Source: Elusimicrobiota bacterium
GTDB taxonomy: Bacteria; Elusimicrobiota; Endomicrobiia; CG1-02-37-114; XYA2-FULL-39-19
NCBI GenBank assembly: GCA_018816525.1
Contig: JAHIVV010000070.1
Location: 16,208 to 80,207 of the forward strand
Direction: 5' to 3'
DNA length: 64,000 nt
The notes beneath the pieces are model-generated. The model was not told the DNA's origin, ran no database searches, and saw nothing but the letters and a program-made list of their open reading frames with translations. This document shows, piece after piece, positions 19,570-29,858 of the stretch (position 1 is its first letter; the number at the start of each line of letters is the position of its first letter). A program made the translations under genes and the position numbers.

Positions 19570-20726
19570 TGAACTCCTCCCCTTACTCCGGCTTCTCTCC
19601 GTGCCCATCGGTCGGTTTCAAGAATCTCGTCGAGCCCGGGATTTTTTATCATTTTATGCTTATTTAAAACTTTTTCAATTACTATGGGAATATCTGAAAA
19701 CTTTATTTTCTTTTTCAAAAATGCTTCTACGGCCGATTCATTTGCAGCATTAAGGGCAGAGGTCATGGTATGGCCTATTTTTCCGGCATTAAGAGCCAGT
19801 TTTAAGCAGGGGAATTTTTTTATATCAGGCGGATAGAACTCCAGTGTCCTTATAACTTCAAGGTCCAAAGGTTTAATTTTTGTTTTATGCCTTTCAGGGT
19901 AAGTAATGGCGTATTGTATTGAAAGGCGCATATCTGGTTCTGAAAAAAGCCCTATTACTGACCCGTCTATAAATTCAACCAGCGAGTGGATAATTGATTG
20001 CGGATGAATCAGTAATTTAATCTTTTCAAAAGATATATCAAAAAGATAGCGCGCTTCAATTATTTCAAGCCCTTTATTCATAAGCGTGGCTGAATCAATC
20101 GTAATCTTTCTCCCCATTTTCCATCGGGGATGGTTAAGGGCTTGTTCCACTTTTATATGTTCAAAATCAATATCTTTCTTATAGAAAGGCCCTCCTGAAC
20201 CGGTAACTATGAGTTTATCAACGTTCTTTATGTCTTCATTTTTAAGGCATTGAAAAATGGCTGAATGCTCGCTATCGACAGGAATAATTGTAGCCGAATG
20301 CTTCTTCAGCAATCCATTGACTAAATTTCCAGCTATAACGAGAGATTCCTTATTAGCCAGCGCGATTGTTTTATTTGATTTGATTGCTGAAACCAGGGGA
20401 TATATGCCTACAGCGCCCACTACAGAAATTAGTACAATGTCCGCTTCATCCATTCCTGAGAGAGTTTCCAGGCCTTTGTTTGAGTGAAATATTTCTATTT
20501 TTTTTGATATTTTTTCGCGAAGTAGATCAGCATCACCGGGCGAACCTACACATACTGCGGACGGGTTGAACTCTTTAATTTGCCTTTCCAGTAACTCGAT
20601 GTTTGAAAAAGTGGAAAGCCCCGTAACTTTATATTCATCTTTCAGGTGCCTGGCGACATTAAGCGCCTGAATGCCAATGGAACCCGTTGAACCTAAAATA
20701 ACCAAATTTTTCATAATTGAGGTCAT
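19563..20726 (-). CDS. dxr: 1-deoxy-D-xylulose 5-phosphate reductoisomerase
   Basis: ILGSTGSIG NADPH-binding motif and the conserved DXR core. ATGA overlap with the cdsA stop. Confidence 0.95.
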   Translation of the reverse strand: MTSIMKNLVILGSTGSIGIQALNVARHLKDEYKVTGLSTFSNIELLERQIKEFNPSAVCVGSPGDADLLREKISKKIEIFHSNKGLETLSGMDEADIVLISVVGAVGIYPLVSAIKSNKTIALANKESLVIAGNLVNGLLKKHSATIIPVDSEHSAIFQCLKNEDIKNVDKLIVTGSGGPFYKKDIDFEHIKVEQALNHPRWKMGRKITIDSATLMNKGLEIIEARYLFDISFEKIKLLIHPQSIIHSLVEFIDGSVIGLFSEPDMRLSIQYAITYPERHKTKIKPLDLEVIRTLEFYPPDIKKFPCLKLALNAGKIGHTMTSALNAANESAVEAFLKKKIKFSDIPIVIEKVLNKHKMIKNPGLDEILETDRWARREAGVRGGVQC

Positions 20727-21565
20727 TTGTGAAAAATGGTGAGATAATAATAAAAAAACGGCGCGGCAAATATGAAGGAATCAAACCTGTCAAGCATTCC
20801 GCCATGTCCCGGCAAAAGAACATCGGAATCTTTTAAACCCACATCCCTTTTCAAAAGCGATTCGGAAAGATCGGAGATAAATCCGATTACAATAATAAAA
20901 AAACTTACAACGATAACTTCTATTAACTTTAATTCTTTAAGCGCAAATATTTTCCACATTGCCAGGGCAAATATTATACCTATTACAATGCCGCCCAGAG
21001 CGCCTTCTACCGTTTTTTGCGGGCTGATTTTTTCTGCTAATTTCATCCTGCCAAACCTTTTCCCAACCAGATAAGCGCCTGTATCAGCTATCCAAATCAG
21101 CAAAAACAGGAAAAATGAATACTTATTTCCGTTAGGGTTGATATCTCTTAACAATAGTATGTGCCCAAAGGTCCAGGAAATAATGAAAAGGCCGAAAAGA
21201 GTAAGTGCAATCCTTATAATAGACCCGTTTACTTCAGTCCTGTTGGAAAATCCAATACGCAGTATTTCGTAACAAAAAAAAGCGAGTAAAGCCAGCGTGA
21301 AAACTATAGAGGTTAACTGGCTCTGGGCCGGGCTAAGAATTTTTGACCCGTTAAAATATATGGCAAGCATAATCAGCAAACCGAAAATATAACCGTTTGC
21401 TTTTTGCAGGTTGAATTGCGTCCTGTCGATTATGAAAAAATATTCCTGAAGCGAAAAAAGAACAATGATAATTACAAGAATAAAAAAAGGAACATCTCCG
21501 AAATGTATGGCAAGCAGTATAATGGGTATCCCTATAATCGCTGTCAAAAGCCTTGGTAGAATCAT
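20723..21565 (-). CDS. cdsA: Phosphatidate cytidylyltransferase
   Basis: 280 aa, multi-TM. C-terminal CTP-transferase signature (SxxKRxxGxKDSGxxxPGHGGxxDR). Confidence 0.9.
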   Translation of the reverse strand: MILPRLLTAIIGIPIILLAIHFGDVPFFILVIIIVLFSLQEYFFIIDRTQFNLQKANGYIFGLLIMLAIYFNGSKILSPAQSQLTSIVFTLALLAFFCYEILRIGFSNRTEVNGSIIRIALTLFGLFIISWTFGHILLLRDINPNGNKYSFFLFLLIWIADTGAYLVGKRFGRMKLAEKISPQKTVEGALGGIVIGIIFALAMWKIFALKELKLIEVIVVSFFIIVIGFISDLSESLLKRDVGLKDSDVLLPGHGGMLDRFDSFIFAAPFFYYYLTIFHK

Positions 21566-21614
21566 TTTTTCCTATTTAATACCCCATGCTACGCGCTTGG
21601 AAGCGTATGGGGTA

Positions 21615-22334
21615 CTATATCCCTCCGAAACGCCTTTCTCTCGACTGGTAATCAATAATTGCTTTATATAACTCGGCTGTATCAAAATCAGGCCAGAGCA
21701 CTTTTGTAAAATAAATTTCAGAATAAGCTATCTGCCAGAGAAAAAAATTTGAAACCCTCTGTTCTCCTGAAGTGCGTATAAGCAGGTCAGGATCGGGCAG
21801 ACTACCGGTAAATAAATATTTTGATAGTGTTTCTTCATCCGTTTTTTTAATACCGGCTTCCGCCATTTTATTAAAAGCAGCAACTATTTCCTGCCTTGAA
21901 CCGTAATTCAAACACAGGTTCAAAACCATTTTTTTGCAACCGGCTGTATATTTTTGGGATTTTCTTATTTCTTCCTGTATCCTATCTGGAAATTTTGATG
22001 TATCTCCGGTTATAACCAGCCGGAACTCATTTTCTTTCAACTCGCTTATCTGTTTGAGGTAATCATACAAAATATTCATCAAGGCTTTCACTTCAAGAAC
22101 AGGCCTCGCGAGCCAGTTTTCAGTGGAAAGAGCATAAAGGGAAAGGTATTTTATTCCTATGTTATCTGCAGCTTTAATTATCTCTTTAACGGTTTTTGCA
22201 CCGGCTTTATGCCCGAAAACCCTTGGCAATCTTCTTTTTTTTGCCCATCTGCCGTTGCCATCCATAATTACAGCGATATGCAAGGGCAGCTTTTTTTTGT
22301 CTATTTTGTCAAATAACTCTTTTGCTATATCCAT
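21615..22334 (-). CDS. uppS: Undecaprenyl diphosphate synthase
   Basis: 239 aa. HIAVIMDGNGRWA and the cis-prenyltransferase core. Confidence 0.95.
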   Translation of the reverse strand: MDIAKELFDKIDKKKLPLHIAVIMDGNGRWAKKRRLPRVFGHKAGAKTVKEIIKAADNIGIKYLSLYALSTENWLARPVLEVKALMNILYDYLKQISELKENEFRLVITGDTSKFPDRIQEEIRKSQKYTAGCKKMVLNLCLNYGSRQEIVAAFNKMAEAGIKKTDEETLSKYLFTGSLPDPDLLIRTSGEQRVSNFFLWQIAYSEIYFTKVLWPDFDTAELYKAIIDYQSRERRFGGI

Positions 22335-22888
22335 TAAGACATAATCTCTTTTTCTTTGGCAATAAGGATTTCGTCAATTTTTTTGATGTAAAATTCTGTG
22401 GTTTTTTGAAGCCTATCTTCACCCTTGAATCTCTGGTCTTCAGTAATCTTTTTTTCTTTTTCAGTTTTTTTAATCTGCTCTATCGCTTTATGGCGGTCAT
22501 TTCTTATAGAAACCCTGTATTCTTCCGCCATTTTATTTAATTGTTTTACAAAATCTTTTCTACGCTCTTCCGTTAAAGGCGGAATAACCAGCCTGATTAC
22601 TTTCCCGTCGTTAACCGGATTAAGGCCTACGGCAGCCTGCGCTATTCCTTTTTCAATGGCCGGTATCACTGTTGCGTCCCAGGGCCTGATTTCTATTGTT
22701 TTAGCATCGGGTACTGAAATACCTGCCACCTGGTTAAGCGGCATTATGGAGTTATAAGCGTTAACTTTTACTCCGTCAATTAAAGTGGGGCTGGCGCGCC
22801 CGGTTCTCAAGGTTGAGGTGTCCTGTTTGAACCTTTCAATAGTTTTTTTCATAAAATCTTCAGCCTGGCTTATTACGCTGTCAATCAT
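22334..22888 (-). CDS. frr: Ribosome recycling factor
   Basis: 184 aa, canonical RRF. Confidence 0.95.
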   Translation of the reverse strand: MIDSVISQAEDFMKKTIERFKQDTSTLRTGRASPTLIDGVKVNAYNSIMPLNQVAGISVPDAKTIEIRPWDATVIPAIEKGIAQAAVGLNPVNDGKVIRLVIPPLTEERRKDFVKQLNKMAEEYRVSIRNDRHKAIEQIKKTEKEKKITEDQRFKGEDRLQKTTEFYIKKIDEILIAKEKEIMS

Positions 22889-22909
22889 TGTTGTGTTCCC
22901 CTTTTAAAA

Positions 22910-23629
22910 TCAATGCACTATTGTGCCTATTTTCTCGCCTTTCAGGGCACGGACGATATTCCCCCATTTCTGCAGGTTGAATACCATTATTTTAACCTTA
23001 TTTTCCATGCAAAGGGAAAACGCGGTTATATCCATTATTTTTAATTTCTTTTCTATGGCTTCCATGAATGATATTTCGGAATATTTTTTTGCGGAAGGGT
23101 TTTTCATCGGGTCGGAAGTATACACCCCGTCAACTTTTGTCGCTTTAAAAAGAATATCTGCTTTAAGTTCTACCGCCCGCAGTGCGGCAGTGGTATCAGT
23201 AGTGAAGTAAGGGTTACCTGTTCCGCCGGCAAAAACAACTACTTTTCCCATCTGGAAATATTTTACTGTGGCTTTTTCTGAAAACGGTTCACAAAGTTTT
23301 CCTATTTCGATCGCTGACTGCACTATTGCAGGCACCCCTGCAGATTCAAAAGCGTTCTGAAGCGCAAGGGCATTCATTACAGTTCCCAGCATTCCCATAT
23401 AATCCGAGGTAACGCGGTCCAGCCCTTTTATTCTTTCTTCAGCGCCGCGCCAGATATTGCCGCCGCCGATAACAATCCCAAGTTCAACGCCCAATTTTGC
23501 TGTCTGTTTGACTTCATTAGAAATTTTATCCAACATTTCAGGGGCGATGCCAAATCTCTTGTCTCCGGCAAGCATTTCACCCGAAAGTTTCAGAATAACC
23601 CTTTTAAATTTCAAACAGGGCTGTTTCAT
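22910..23629 (-). CDS. pyrH: UMP kinase
   Basis: Start placed at the internal MKQPCLKFKRVILKLSGE (ATGA overlap with the tsf stop). GGGN and amino-acid kinase fold. The ORF-track extension is spurious. Confidence 0.95.
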   Translation of the reverse strand: MKQPCLKFKRVILKLSGEMLAGDKRFGIAPEMLDKISNEVKQTAKLGVELGIVIGGGNIWRGAEERIKGLDRVTSDYMGMLGTVMNALALQNAFESAGVPAIVQSAIEIGKLCEPFSEKATVKYFQMGKVVVFAGGTGNPYFTTDTTAALRAVELKADILFKATKVDGVYTSDPMKNPSAKKYSEISFMEAIEKKLKIMDITAFSLCMENKVKIMVFNLQKWGNIVRALKGEKIGTIVH

Positions 23630-24261
23630 AGTTCTTCGCCCAATTGAAACCTTGCAAATCTCCTTACGACAATATTTTCTCCGGTTTTCGCGATTGCCGC
23701 GGTAACCATATCTTTTATTTTCTCTTTGCCCGAACAATCCCTGATATAGGGCTGGTCTAGCAGGCATACTTGCTGGAAATATTTTTCAAGCTTTCCTTCG
23801 ACAATCTTATCAACAATTTTTTCAGGTTTTCCGTCAGCCAATACCTGTTTACGGTATATTTCTTTTTCTTTTTCAATCACATCCTGTGGAATGGATTCTC
23901 TGGAAACAAAGAAAGGATTTGCCGCAGCTACCTGCAGGCCAATTTCTTTCACCAGTTTTTTAAATTCGTCTGTTTTCGCAACAAAATCCGTTTCACAATT
24001 CACTTCAAGCAGCACGCCTATCCTGTCGCCTGAATGAATATAAGAAGCAATTAAGCCGTTCTTTGTTTCCCTGTTGGCTTTTTTTAAAGCCTGAGTCATG
24101 CCTTTCTCGCGCAATAACTGCAATGCCTTGTCAAGATCACCGCACGTTTCTGTAAGCACTTTTTTACAATCTACCATTCCTGCGCCGGAAGTCGCACGCA
24201 GCTTCTGTATTAGTTCAACGTTTATTTCTGCCATTGTCTCCTCTTTCATACCCAATGCCAC
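23626..24261 (-). CDS. tsf: Elongation factor Ts
   Basis: 211 aa. UBA-like N-terminus (LRATSGAGMVDCKKVL) and a short EF-Ts core. Confidence 0.95.
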   Translation of the reverse strand: MALGMKEETMAEINVELIQKLRATSGAGMVDCKKVLTETCGDLDKALQLLREKGMTQALKKANRETKNGLIASYIHSGDRIGVLLEVNCETDFVAKTDEFKKLVKEIGLQVAAANPFFVSRESIPQDVIEKEKEIYRKQVLADGKPEKIVDKIVEGKLEKYFQQVCLLDQPYIRDCSGKEKIKDMVTAAIAKTGENIVVRRFARFQLGEEL

Positions 24262-24288
24262 TCGCTTAGGAAGAGTATTGGGTATTAT

Positions 24289-25068
24289 TTATCCTTTCGT
24301 TTCGTTTAGTTCTACTTCTTTTGCAAGCTCTTCATCCGGAATTCCAAATTCGCCTGTCTGCTTTACCGCCTGGCCTTCCTGGTCCAGGGTTCCCTTTCCT
24401 TCCATAACAGCGTCTGCAATTATTGAGCAGAAAAGGCTGATAGCGCGCACCGCATCGTCATTTCCCGGAATAGGGTAATCTACGATATCCGGGTCGGAAT
24501 TTGTGTCGCAGATGGCAACAATGGGTATATGCATTTTTTTCGATTCCTGGACAGCAACATCTTCGTCGGTCGGGCTTACGACAAACATTACCCCTGGAAG
24601 CTGCCCCATATTTTTTATTCCCCTGAGAGAACTCTCCAGTTTCATCATTTCTTTCTGTCTTTTGCTTCTTTCCTTAGGCGAAAGTAATTCAAAAATTCCT
24701 TCTTCTTTCATTTTTTCAAGTTCTTTAAGCCTATTGACGGACTTTCGAATAGTTGCAAAATTTGTTAAGGTTCCGCCAAGCCACCTTTTTGAAACAAAAA
24801 AAGCTCCGCATCTTTTTGCTTCCGTTTCAACAACATCCGCTGACTGTTTCTTGGTCCCGACAAAAAGCACCGGCTTGCCTAAAGCTACCATATCTCTGAC
24901 AAATTTATACGCTCTTTTTAGTTCCTTTACGGTTTTTTGAAGGTCAATAATATGTATTTTATTGCGCTCACAAAAAATAAACTTGCTCATTTTGGGATTC
25001 CATTGTCTGGTTTGATGCCCAAAATGCACTCCTGCTTCAAGCAAAGACTTCATCGTGATGGATGACAT
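24289..25068 (-). CDS. rpsB: 30S ribosomal protein S2
   Basis: 259 aa, canonical S2 (LLEAGVHFGHQTRQWNPKM…). Confidence 0.97.
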   Translation of the reverse strand: MSSITMKSLLEAGVHFGHQTRQWNPKMSKFIFCERNKIHIIDLQKTVKELKRAYKFVRDMVALGKPVLFVGTKKQSADVVETEAKRCGAFFVSKRWLGGTLTNFATIRKSVNRLKELEKMKEEGIFELLSPKERSKRQKEMMKLESSLRGIKNMGQLPGVMFVVSPTDEDVAVQESKKMHIPIVAICDTNSDPDIVDYPIPGNDDAVRAISLFCSIIADAVMEGKGTLDQEGQAVKQTGEFGIPDEELAKEVELNETKG

Positions 25069-25119
25069 ACTTTTTACTTCCTCCTCTTTCCCCTTAAGTT
25101 TTATTTTTATCAGTATTGT

Positions 25120-25770
25120 TCATACTACTGGTAAAATTCTTTCAATCGTATTTGCAGGGCATCGTTCAACACACAAACCGCAATTGCTGCATTTATTATA
25201 GTTTACAACCGCCAGGTTATTTTCAATCTTTATGGCTTTTGTAGGACATATTTTAACACATATACCGCATGAAATGCAACCTGTCGCGCAAATTTCCCTT
25301 ACATACCTGCCGGCGTTCAGGGAAGAACATTTAATATGAACATCATATTTAGAAGGAACAAGTGAAATTATTTTTTTTGGGCAGGCGCTAACACAAAGGC
25401 CGCAACCGGTACAAGTGTTCTTGTTTACCGCGGGTATTTCGCCTTTAACGTGCGAAATTGCGCCTTCGGCACAGGCTTGTGCGCAATCGCCAAAACCTAT
25501 ACATCCGTAAATACATTCCTTCTTGCCCCTGAAAATTTTGCTGGCTGCAAAACAGGTTTCTACGCCCTGATAGGCATACTTGTCGGAACAGTTGTTTCCC
25601 CCTGCGCAATAAATAACAGCAGAAATATTTTCCGGATTCTGTTTGGGATCTTCGCAGGCCCCGTTCCCTGAATGCACAGACTCGAAACCCGGAAAACAAT
25701 GTATGCCCGTCAAAACTAATGCAACCGTAAAACCTAACGCACCAAGAATCAAAATCGGAGAATAATCCAT
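25120..25770 (-). CDS. rnfB: Rnf electron-transport complex subunit B (polyferredoxin)
   Basis: 216 aa. N-terminal membrane anchor, then multiple CxxCxxCxxxCP 4Fe-4S motifs. Last gene of an rnfCDGEAB-order operon. Confidence 0.8.
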   Translation of the reverse strand: MDYSPILILGALGFTVALVLTGIHCFPGFESVHSGNGACEDPKQNPENISAVIYCAGGNNCSDKYAYQGVETCFAASKIFRGKKECIYGCIGFGDCAQACAEGAISHVKGEIPAVNKNTCTGCGLCVSACPKKIISLVPSKYDVHIKCSSLNAGRYVREICATGCISCGICVKICPTKAIKIENNLAVVNYNKCSNCGLCVERCPANTIERILPVV

Positions 25771-25784
25771 AAATAATCGCCTGT

Positions 25785-26378
25785 TTACAACCCAAACAAA
25801 CCGCGCAGACCTAATATTGCAATTGACATAAGCCCGGCAAGAATAAATTCAATCGGGTAACCCTTCAATGCTTTTGGAATCGGCGCGGATCCAACCCGTT
25901 CTTTCATTCCGGCAAACAGTATTATAGCAAGAACATACCCAAAAGCAATACCCAAACTGTAAATAATGCTATTAACCAGGTCAAGCTTATATTCGGTATT
26001 TAACAACAAAACTGCCAGAATTATACAATTTGCCGTAATAACGGACAGGCTGTTTCCGGCTGTCGAAAAATAGTTTGCCAGAACTTTTTTTAATATAAAT
26101 TCCTGAATTTGAACCAATAAAACTATGATGAGTACGAATGATACCAATTTCAGGTATTCAAGTTTGTAAGGAATAAGCGCTAAGTTATAAAACAGCCAGG
26201 ATAAAATAGTGGCTGCCAGATTAACGCATACTATCGGCACGGCTGCGTTCAACGAACTTTTAAGGCTATTCGACATGCTAAAAAAAGAACATAAGCCTAT
26301 AGTCCTTATGAGGACTATGTTATTTACAACAAAAGCACTTAAAAAAATCAATACTGGGTTTGTGGTATTATTTATCAT
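25785..26378 (-). CDS. rnfA: Rnf complex subunit A
   Basis: 197 aa polytopic. RnfA/RnfE family motifs (IGLCSF…, ITANCIILAV). Confidence 0.88.
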   Translation of the reverse strand: MINNTTNPVLIFLSAFVVNNIVLIRTIGLCSFFSMSNSLKSSLNAAVPIVCVNLAATILSWLFYNLALIPYKLEYLKLVSFVLIIVLLVQIQEFILKKVLANYFSTAGNSLSVITANCIILAVLLLNTEYKLDLVNSIIYSLGIAFGYVLAIILFAGMKERVGSAPIPKALKGYPIEFILAGLMSIAILGLRGLFGL

Positions 26379-26979
26379 TTTTTTCTGAAAACCTAGAACG
26401 AAACCAGTTTAAGATACCAAGCAGGATTCCGATGAGAAGAAACCCTCCCGCAGGCAAAACCATAACATTCACGGGCTCCTGAAAAAGTTGTTGGCCCATA
26501 AAAGCCCCGCTTCCTAATATTTCCCGCAGGGATCCGATCAGCAAGATTACTATTGAGAATCCAATACTGAAACCGGCCGCATCCAGAAAAGAATGAGTTG
26601 TGGAATTTTTCACAGAATAAAATATTTCAGAACTGTTCAGCAGTAAACAATTTGCCATAATAAGCGGTATAAAAATACCCAAATATGCCGAAAGTTCAAT
26701 AAAATAGGCCTGGATAAAATAATCAACGAACGTCGTATAAAACGCTATTATTACCATAGATGCAGGTATTTTTATTTCATTGGGAACAAATTTTCTAATA
26801 AGCGAAATCGTTAACCCTGAACATATTAAAACAAAGGAAACAGCTGCGCCCAGGCCTATACTGTTATAAGCTGTAGTCGTAATTGCCAATACCGGGCACA
26901 GGCCTACCATCAGGACAACGACAGGATTAGCCCGCCATATTCTTGAAAGAAAAGCATTTAAATTACTGTTCTGTAGCAT
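26368..26979 (-). CDS. rnfE: Rnf complex subunit E
   Basis: 203 aa polytopic. LGLCPVLAITT motif. Confidence 0.88.
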   Translation of the reverse strand: MLQNSNLNAFLSRIWRANPVVVLMVGLCPVLAITTTAYNSIGLGAAVSFVLICSGLTISLIRKFVPNEIKIPASMVIIAFYTTFVDYFIQAYFIELSAYLGIFIPLIMANCLLLNSSEIFYSVKNSTTHSFLDAAGFSIGFSIVILLIGSLREILGSGAFMGQQLFQEPVNVMVLPAGGFLLIGILLGILNWFRSRFSEKNDK

Positions 26980-27517
26980 TGATTGATTCTACTTCCTCCA
27001 CTGCTTTTTTAAGCGCTTTTATATACGCCTTTGAAGAAACGTCTGCACCCGGAATTATGCTGATATCTTTTCCGTTTTTTTCAAGCTTCAGGTCATGAAA
27101 TTTTAAGCCTATAAATTTCTTGAAAAAATCACTTTTTGAAGAATCATCTTCAAGGTTAATTCTAAAATCTGCGTTCAATATTTTTATTCCCAATATTCTA
27201 TTTTCCTGGTCCACTCCGAATAAAATTTCAATATCGCCGTTGTAGTCGCGCACATTTAACTTTACGATTTTCCCTCTTTGTACATGCTGTTTGTCGAACC
27301 CTGCAATAAATTCTCTGTTACCGGCTGTTTTATTTTCAAACCAAGCTGAATTAGGAAGAACCTGTCTGTATAACAAAATTAAAGTTTCAGTTTTTCTCTG
27401 TTTTATTACCGGTTCAATTGCAAGATATAGCTGTGATATTAGTAACGCTGAAATCATGCAAAGAAAAGCCAGTTTTAAGGATGAGGCAGCTGTTTTAATA
27501 AGTATTTTTGAATTCAT
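26963..27517 (-). CDS. rnfG: Rnf complex subunit G (FMN-binding)
   Basis: 184 aa. N-terminal TM, then an FMN_bind domain with the covalent-FMN site region (PGADVSSKA). Confidence 0.8.
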   Translation of the reverse strand: MNSKILIKTAASSLKLAFLCMISALLISQLYLAIEPVIKQRKTETLILLYRQVLPNSAWFENKTAGNREFIAGFDKQHVQRGKIVKLNVRDYNGDIEILFGVDQENRILGIKILNADFRINLEDDSSKSDFFKKFIGLKFHDLKLEKNGKDISIIPGADVSSKAYIKALKKAVEEVESINATEQ

Positions 27518-28370
27518 CAGACCCCAAACCTTTTTTTCTGGTGACTTTATCGATAACAGGCGTAAACATATTCATTATTAAAATCGAATAATATATTCCT
27601 TCCGGAAAAGCGCCTTTCAATCTTATTAACATTGTCAGCAGTCCGCAGCCGATACCAAAAATAATCTTTCCGTTTCCTGAAACAGGCGTTGTTACCGGGT
27701 CCGTTGCCATAAAAACAGCGCCTAATAACAGTCCTCCGGTTAAAACCTGAAAAAGCGGATTATTTCTTGTAACTATTGATAAAAGAACAACTGTCACAAC
27801 CAAGCTCAAGGGCGCATGTAAGGTAATTTGTCTGCGAAAAATTAAATACAATGCACCGGCTATAATTGCAATTTTTGAAACTTCACCCAGGGCTCCCGGC
27901 ATATTCCCCAAGAACATATTAAATTTAGTTATCTCTAAAGAAGCCGGAATACCGGCAATTTCTTTTGACCAGGAAAGCTGGACAAAAGCCCTTGCAATTA
28001 ACGCAGGGTTAAATGGATTGTGGCCAATACCGCCAAAAAATTGTTTACCTATCAATATTGCAAAAACTGCCCCGCAAGCGACTATCCACAAAGGAGCTGA
28101 CGCTGGCAGAGTAAGGGAAAAAATAATTCCTGTCACTACAGCAGAAAGGTCATTAATAGTGTTTTTTCTTTTAGCTATTTTTTCAAATACAATTTCAGTC
28201 AAGCAGCAAAATAACACGCTGGTTGAAACAATCAACAAAGAATCCTTTCCAAAAAAAATAACGCCCGCTATAACTGAAGGCAACAATGCAAAGAGTACGT
28301 CCAGCATCACATGCCTGATTGTTTTTTCAGATCTAATATGTGGCGAAACAGAAACAAATAACGGGTTCAT
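27495..28370 (-). CDS. rnfD: Rnf complex subunit D
   Basis: 291 aa. NqrB/RnfD family (…DPVTTPVSGNGKI…). Confidence 0.9.
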   Translation of the reverse strand: MNPLFVSVSPHIRSEKTIRHVMLDVLFALLPSVIAGVIFFGKDSLLIVSTSVLFCCLTEIVFEKIAKRKNTINDLSAVVTGIIFSLTLPASAPLWIVACGAVFAILIGKQFFGGIGHNPFNPALIARAFVQLSWSKEIAGIPASLEITKFNMFLGNMPGALGEVSKIAIIAGALYLIFRRQITLHAPLSLVVTVVLLSIVTRNNPLFQVLTGGLLLGAVFMATDPVTTPVSGNGKIIFGIGCGLLTMLIRLKGAFPEGIYYSILIMNMFTPVIDKVTRKKGLGSDEFKNTY

Positions 28371-29695
28371 TGTTTTCCCAGGACTTTCCCTTTAGCCAGT
28401 TTTATCTGCTGGACCATGGGCCTTTTTGCTACACAAACATAAGAACAGCAGCCGCATTCTATACATTCTTCAGGGAATAATTTTCCGCACTCTCCCCAAA
28501 GAGAATTCTCCGAGTAAACGCTCAGAAAGTTAGGCATTAATTTCATGGGACAAACGTCAATACACCTGCCGCATCTTATGCACGGATCAAATTCATATTG
28601 TATGTTTTTTTCTTCCTGTTGAATTACTATTATCCCGGAAGTGTTCTTGACAATTGGAATATCAGCCGTAAATTGAGCGGTCCCTTTCATAGCCCCGCCG
28701 ATAATCAGTTTCACCGGCCGCTGCAAGGCAGCGGACGAAGCAACGTAGCCGCTTTGGGAGAGCAAATCCGAAACAAGCGCACCGATTCTGACGTTATAAT
28801 TTCCGGGAAATTTAATATCGTTCCCGGCCACGGTTACGATTCTTGAAATCAGAGGCATATTTTTTACTACGGCCTGCTCGATAGCGTAACTTGTGCCTAC
28901 GTTCCAGACAACTGCGCCGGTGTCTAAAGAAGTTACATTTGAAGGCGCTTCACGGTTAAGGACTGCTTTTATAAGTTGTTTTTGGGCCCCTTGCGGGTAT
29001 TTTGATTTTAAGATTTTTATAGTTATATTCGGCACGGTAAAAACTTCTTTTCTGAGGGCCTTTATCGCTTCTGTTTTATTTTCTTCAACTGCAATAAACC
29101 CTTTGTGGACGTCCAGGATGTACATCAATATTTTTAAACCTTCAACAATTTCCCCGGCATTTTCACGCATAAGCCTGTCGTCACAGGTTATATAGGATTC
29201 AGATTCGCAGCCGTTGAGTATGCAAGTATCAATTTCTTTTGACAAGGCAAGCTTCAGGTTTGAAAGATAACCCTCTCCGCCCATGCCTACAATTCCGGAT
29301 TCCTGGATAATTTTAATAAGCTCGTCGTGCGAATAACGGAAATAATCCCAGTGAGTTTTTTTTGTTTCAATTTTGTTATCCTTATTGTCCGATTCTATAA
29401 TAATGGATAATACAGGCTCATTTATGAATGGATGGTTGTAGGGGCCGATGTCCCTGACAATGCCGGAAATGCTTGAGTGTATGGTAGAAGAAATGTTTCC
29501 ACGTACTTCCCCGATTTTTTGCCCGGTTAGTACATAATCGCCGTTTTTTACTATAGCAAGCGCGGTTTCTCCAAAATGCTGATTTAAAGGAATTACAACT
29601 TTCTTTGGAAGGGCTGTTGCTTTTACTCTTATATCTTCGGTTGTTTTTTTAAATAAAGGTGGAAAAATTCCTCCCTTAAAGGTAAGATTTGGCAT
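28367..29695 (-). CDS. rnfC: Rnf complex subunit C (NADH-binding, 2x[4Fe-4S])
   Basis: 442 aa. GMGGEGY nucleotide-binding region, then CIRCGRCIDVCP and CIECGCCSYVC. Confidence 0.9.
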   Translation of the reverse strand: MPNLTFKGGIFPPLFKKTTEDIRVKATALPKKVVIPLNQHFGETALAIVKNGDYVLTGQKIGEVRGNISSTIHSSISGIVRDIGPYNHPFINEPVLSIIIESDNKDNKIETKKTHWDYFRYSHDELIKIIQESGIVGMGGEGYLSNLKLALSKEIDTCILNGCESESYITCDDRLMRENAGEIVEGLKILMYILDVHKGFIAVEENKTEAIKALRKEVFTVPNITIKILKSKYPQGAQKQLIKAVLNREAPSNVTSLDTGAVVWNVGTSYAIEQAVVKNMPLISRIVTVAGNDIKFPGNYNVRIGALVSDLLSQSGYVASSAALQRPVKLIIGGAMKGTAQFTADIPIVKNTSGIIVIQQEEKNIQYEFDPCIRCGRCIDVCPMKLMPNFLSVYSENSLWGECGKLFPEECIECGCCSYVCVAKRPMVQQIKLAKGKVLGKQ

Positions 29696-29701
29696 AATTC
29701 A

Positions 29702-29730
29702 GAATTATATAAATTTATACTTATTAATGC
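29702..29730 (-). promoter_or_regulatory. Candidate sigma70 promoter of the rnf operon (TTGCAT-N17-TATAAT); predicts leaderless rnfC mRNA
   Basis: Minus-strand TTGCAT at 29730..29725, 17-nt spacer, TATAAT at 29707..29702. Only 6 nt separate the -10 from the rnfC ATG (29695). No SD is present. Confidence 0.4.
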
Positions 29731-29858
29731 AAGGAAGACAGGAGTTCATTAACCATGTCTTGGTGGTGGTATCCTTCAACCTGTACGGGAACTCTTGTCC
29801 CCCTACTAACAGGCTTGCCGCCCATAATATTAGGATTGAATTCAATTCTATTTTTCCA

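Noticed and set aside
25445-25795. 116-aa minus-strand ORF (Arg/Cys/Gln-rich)
   Set aside because: It lies entirely inside rnfB in another frame. Its composition is the by-product of the GC-rich Cys-codon pattern of the ferredoxin motifs.
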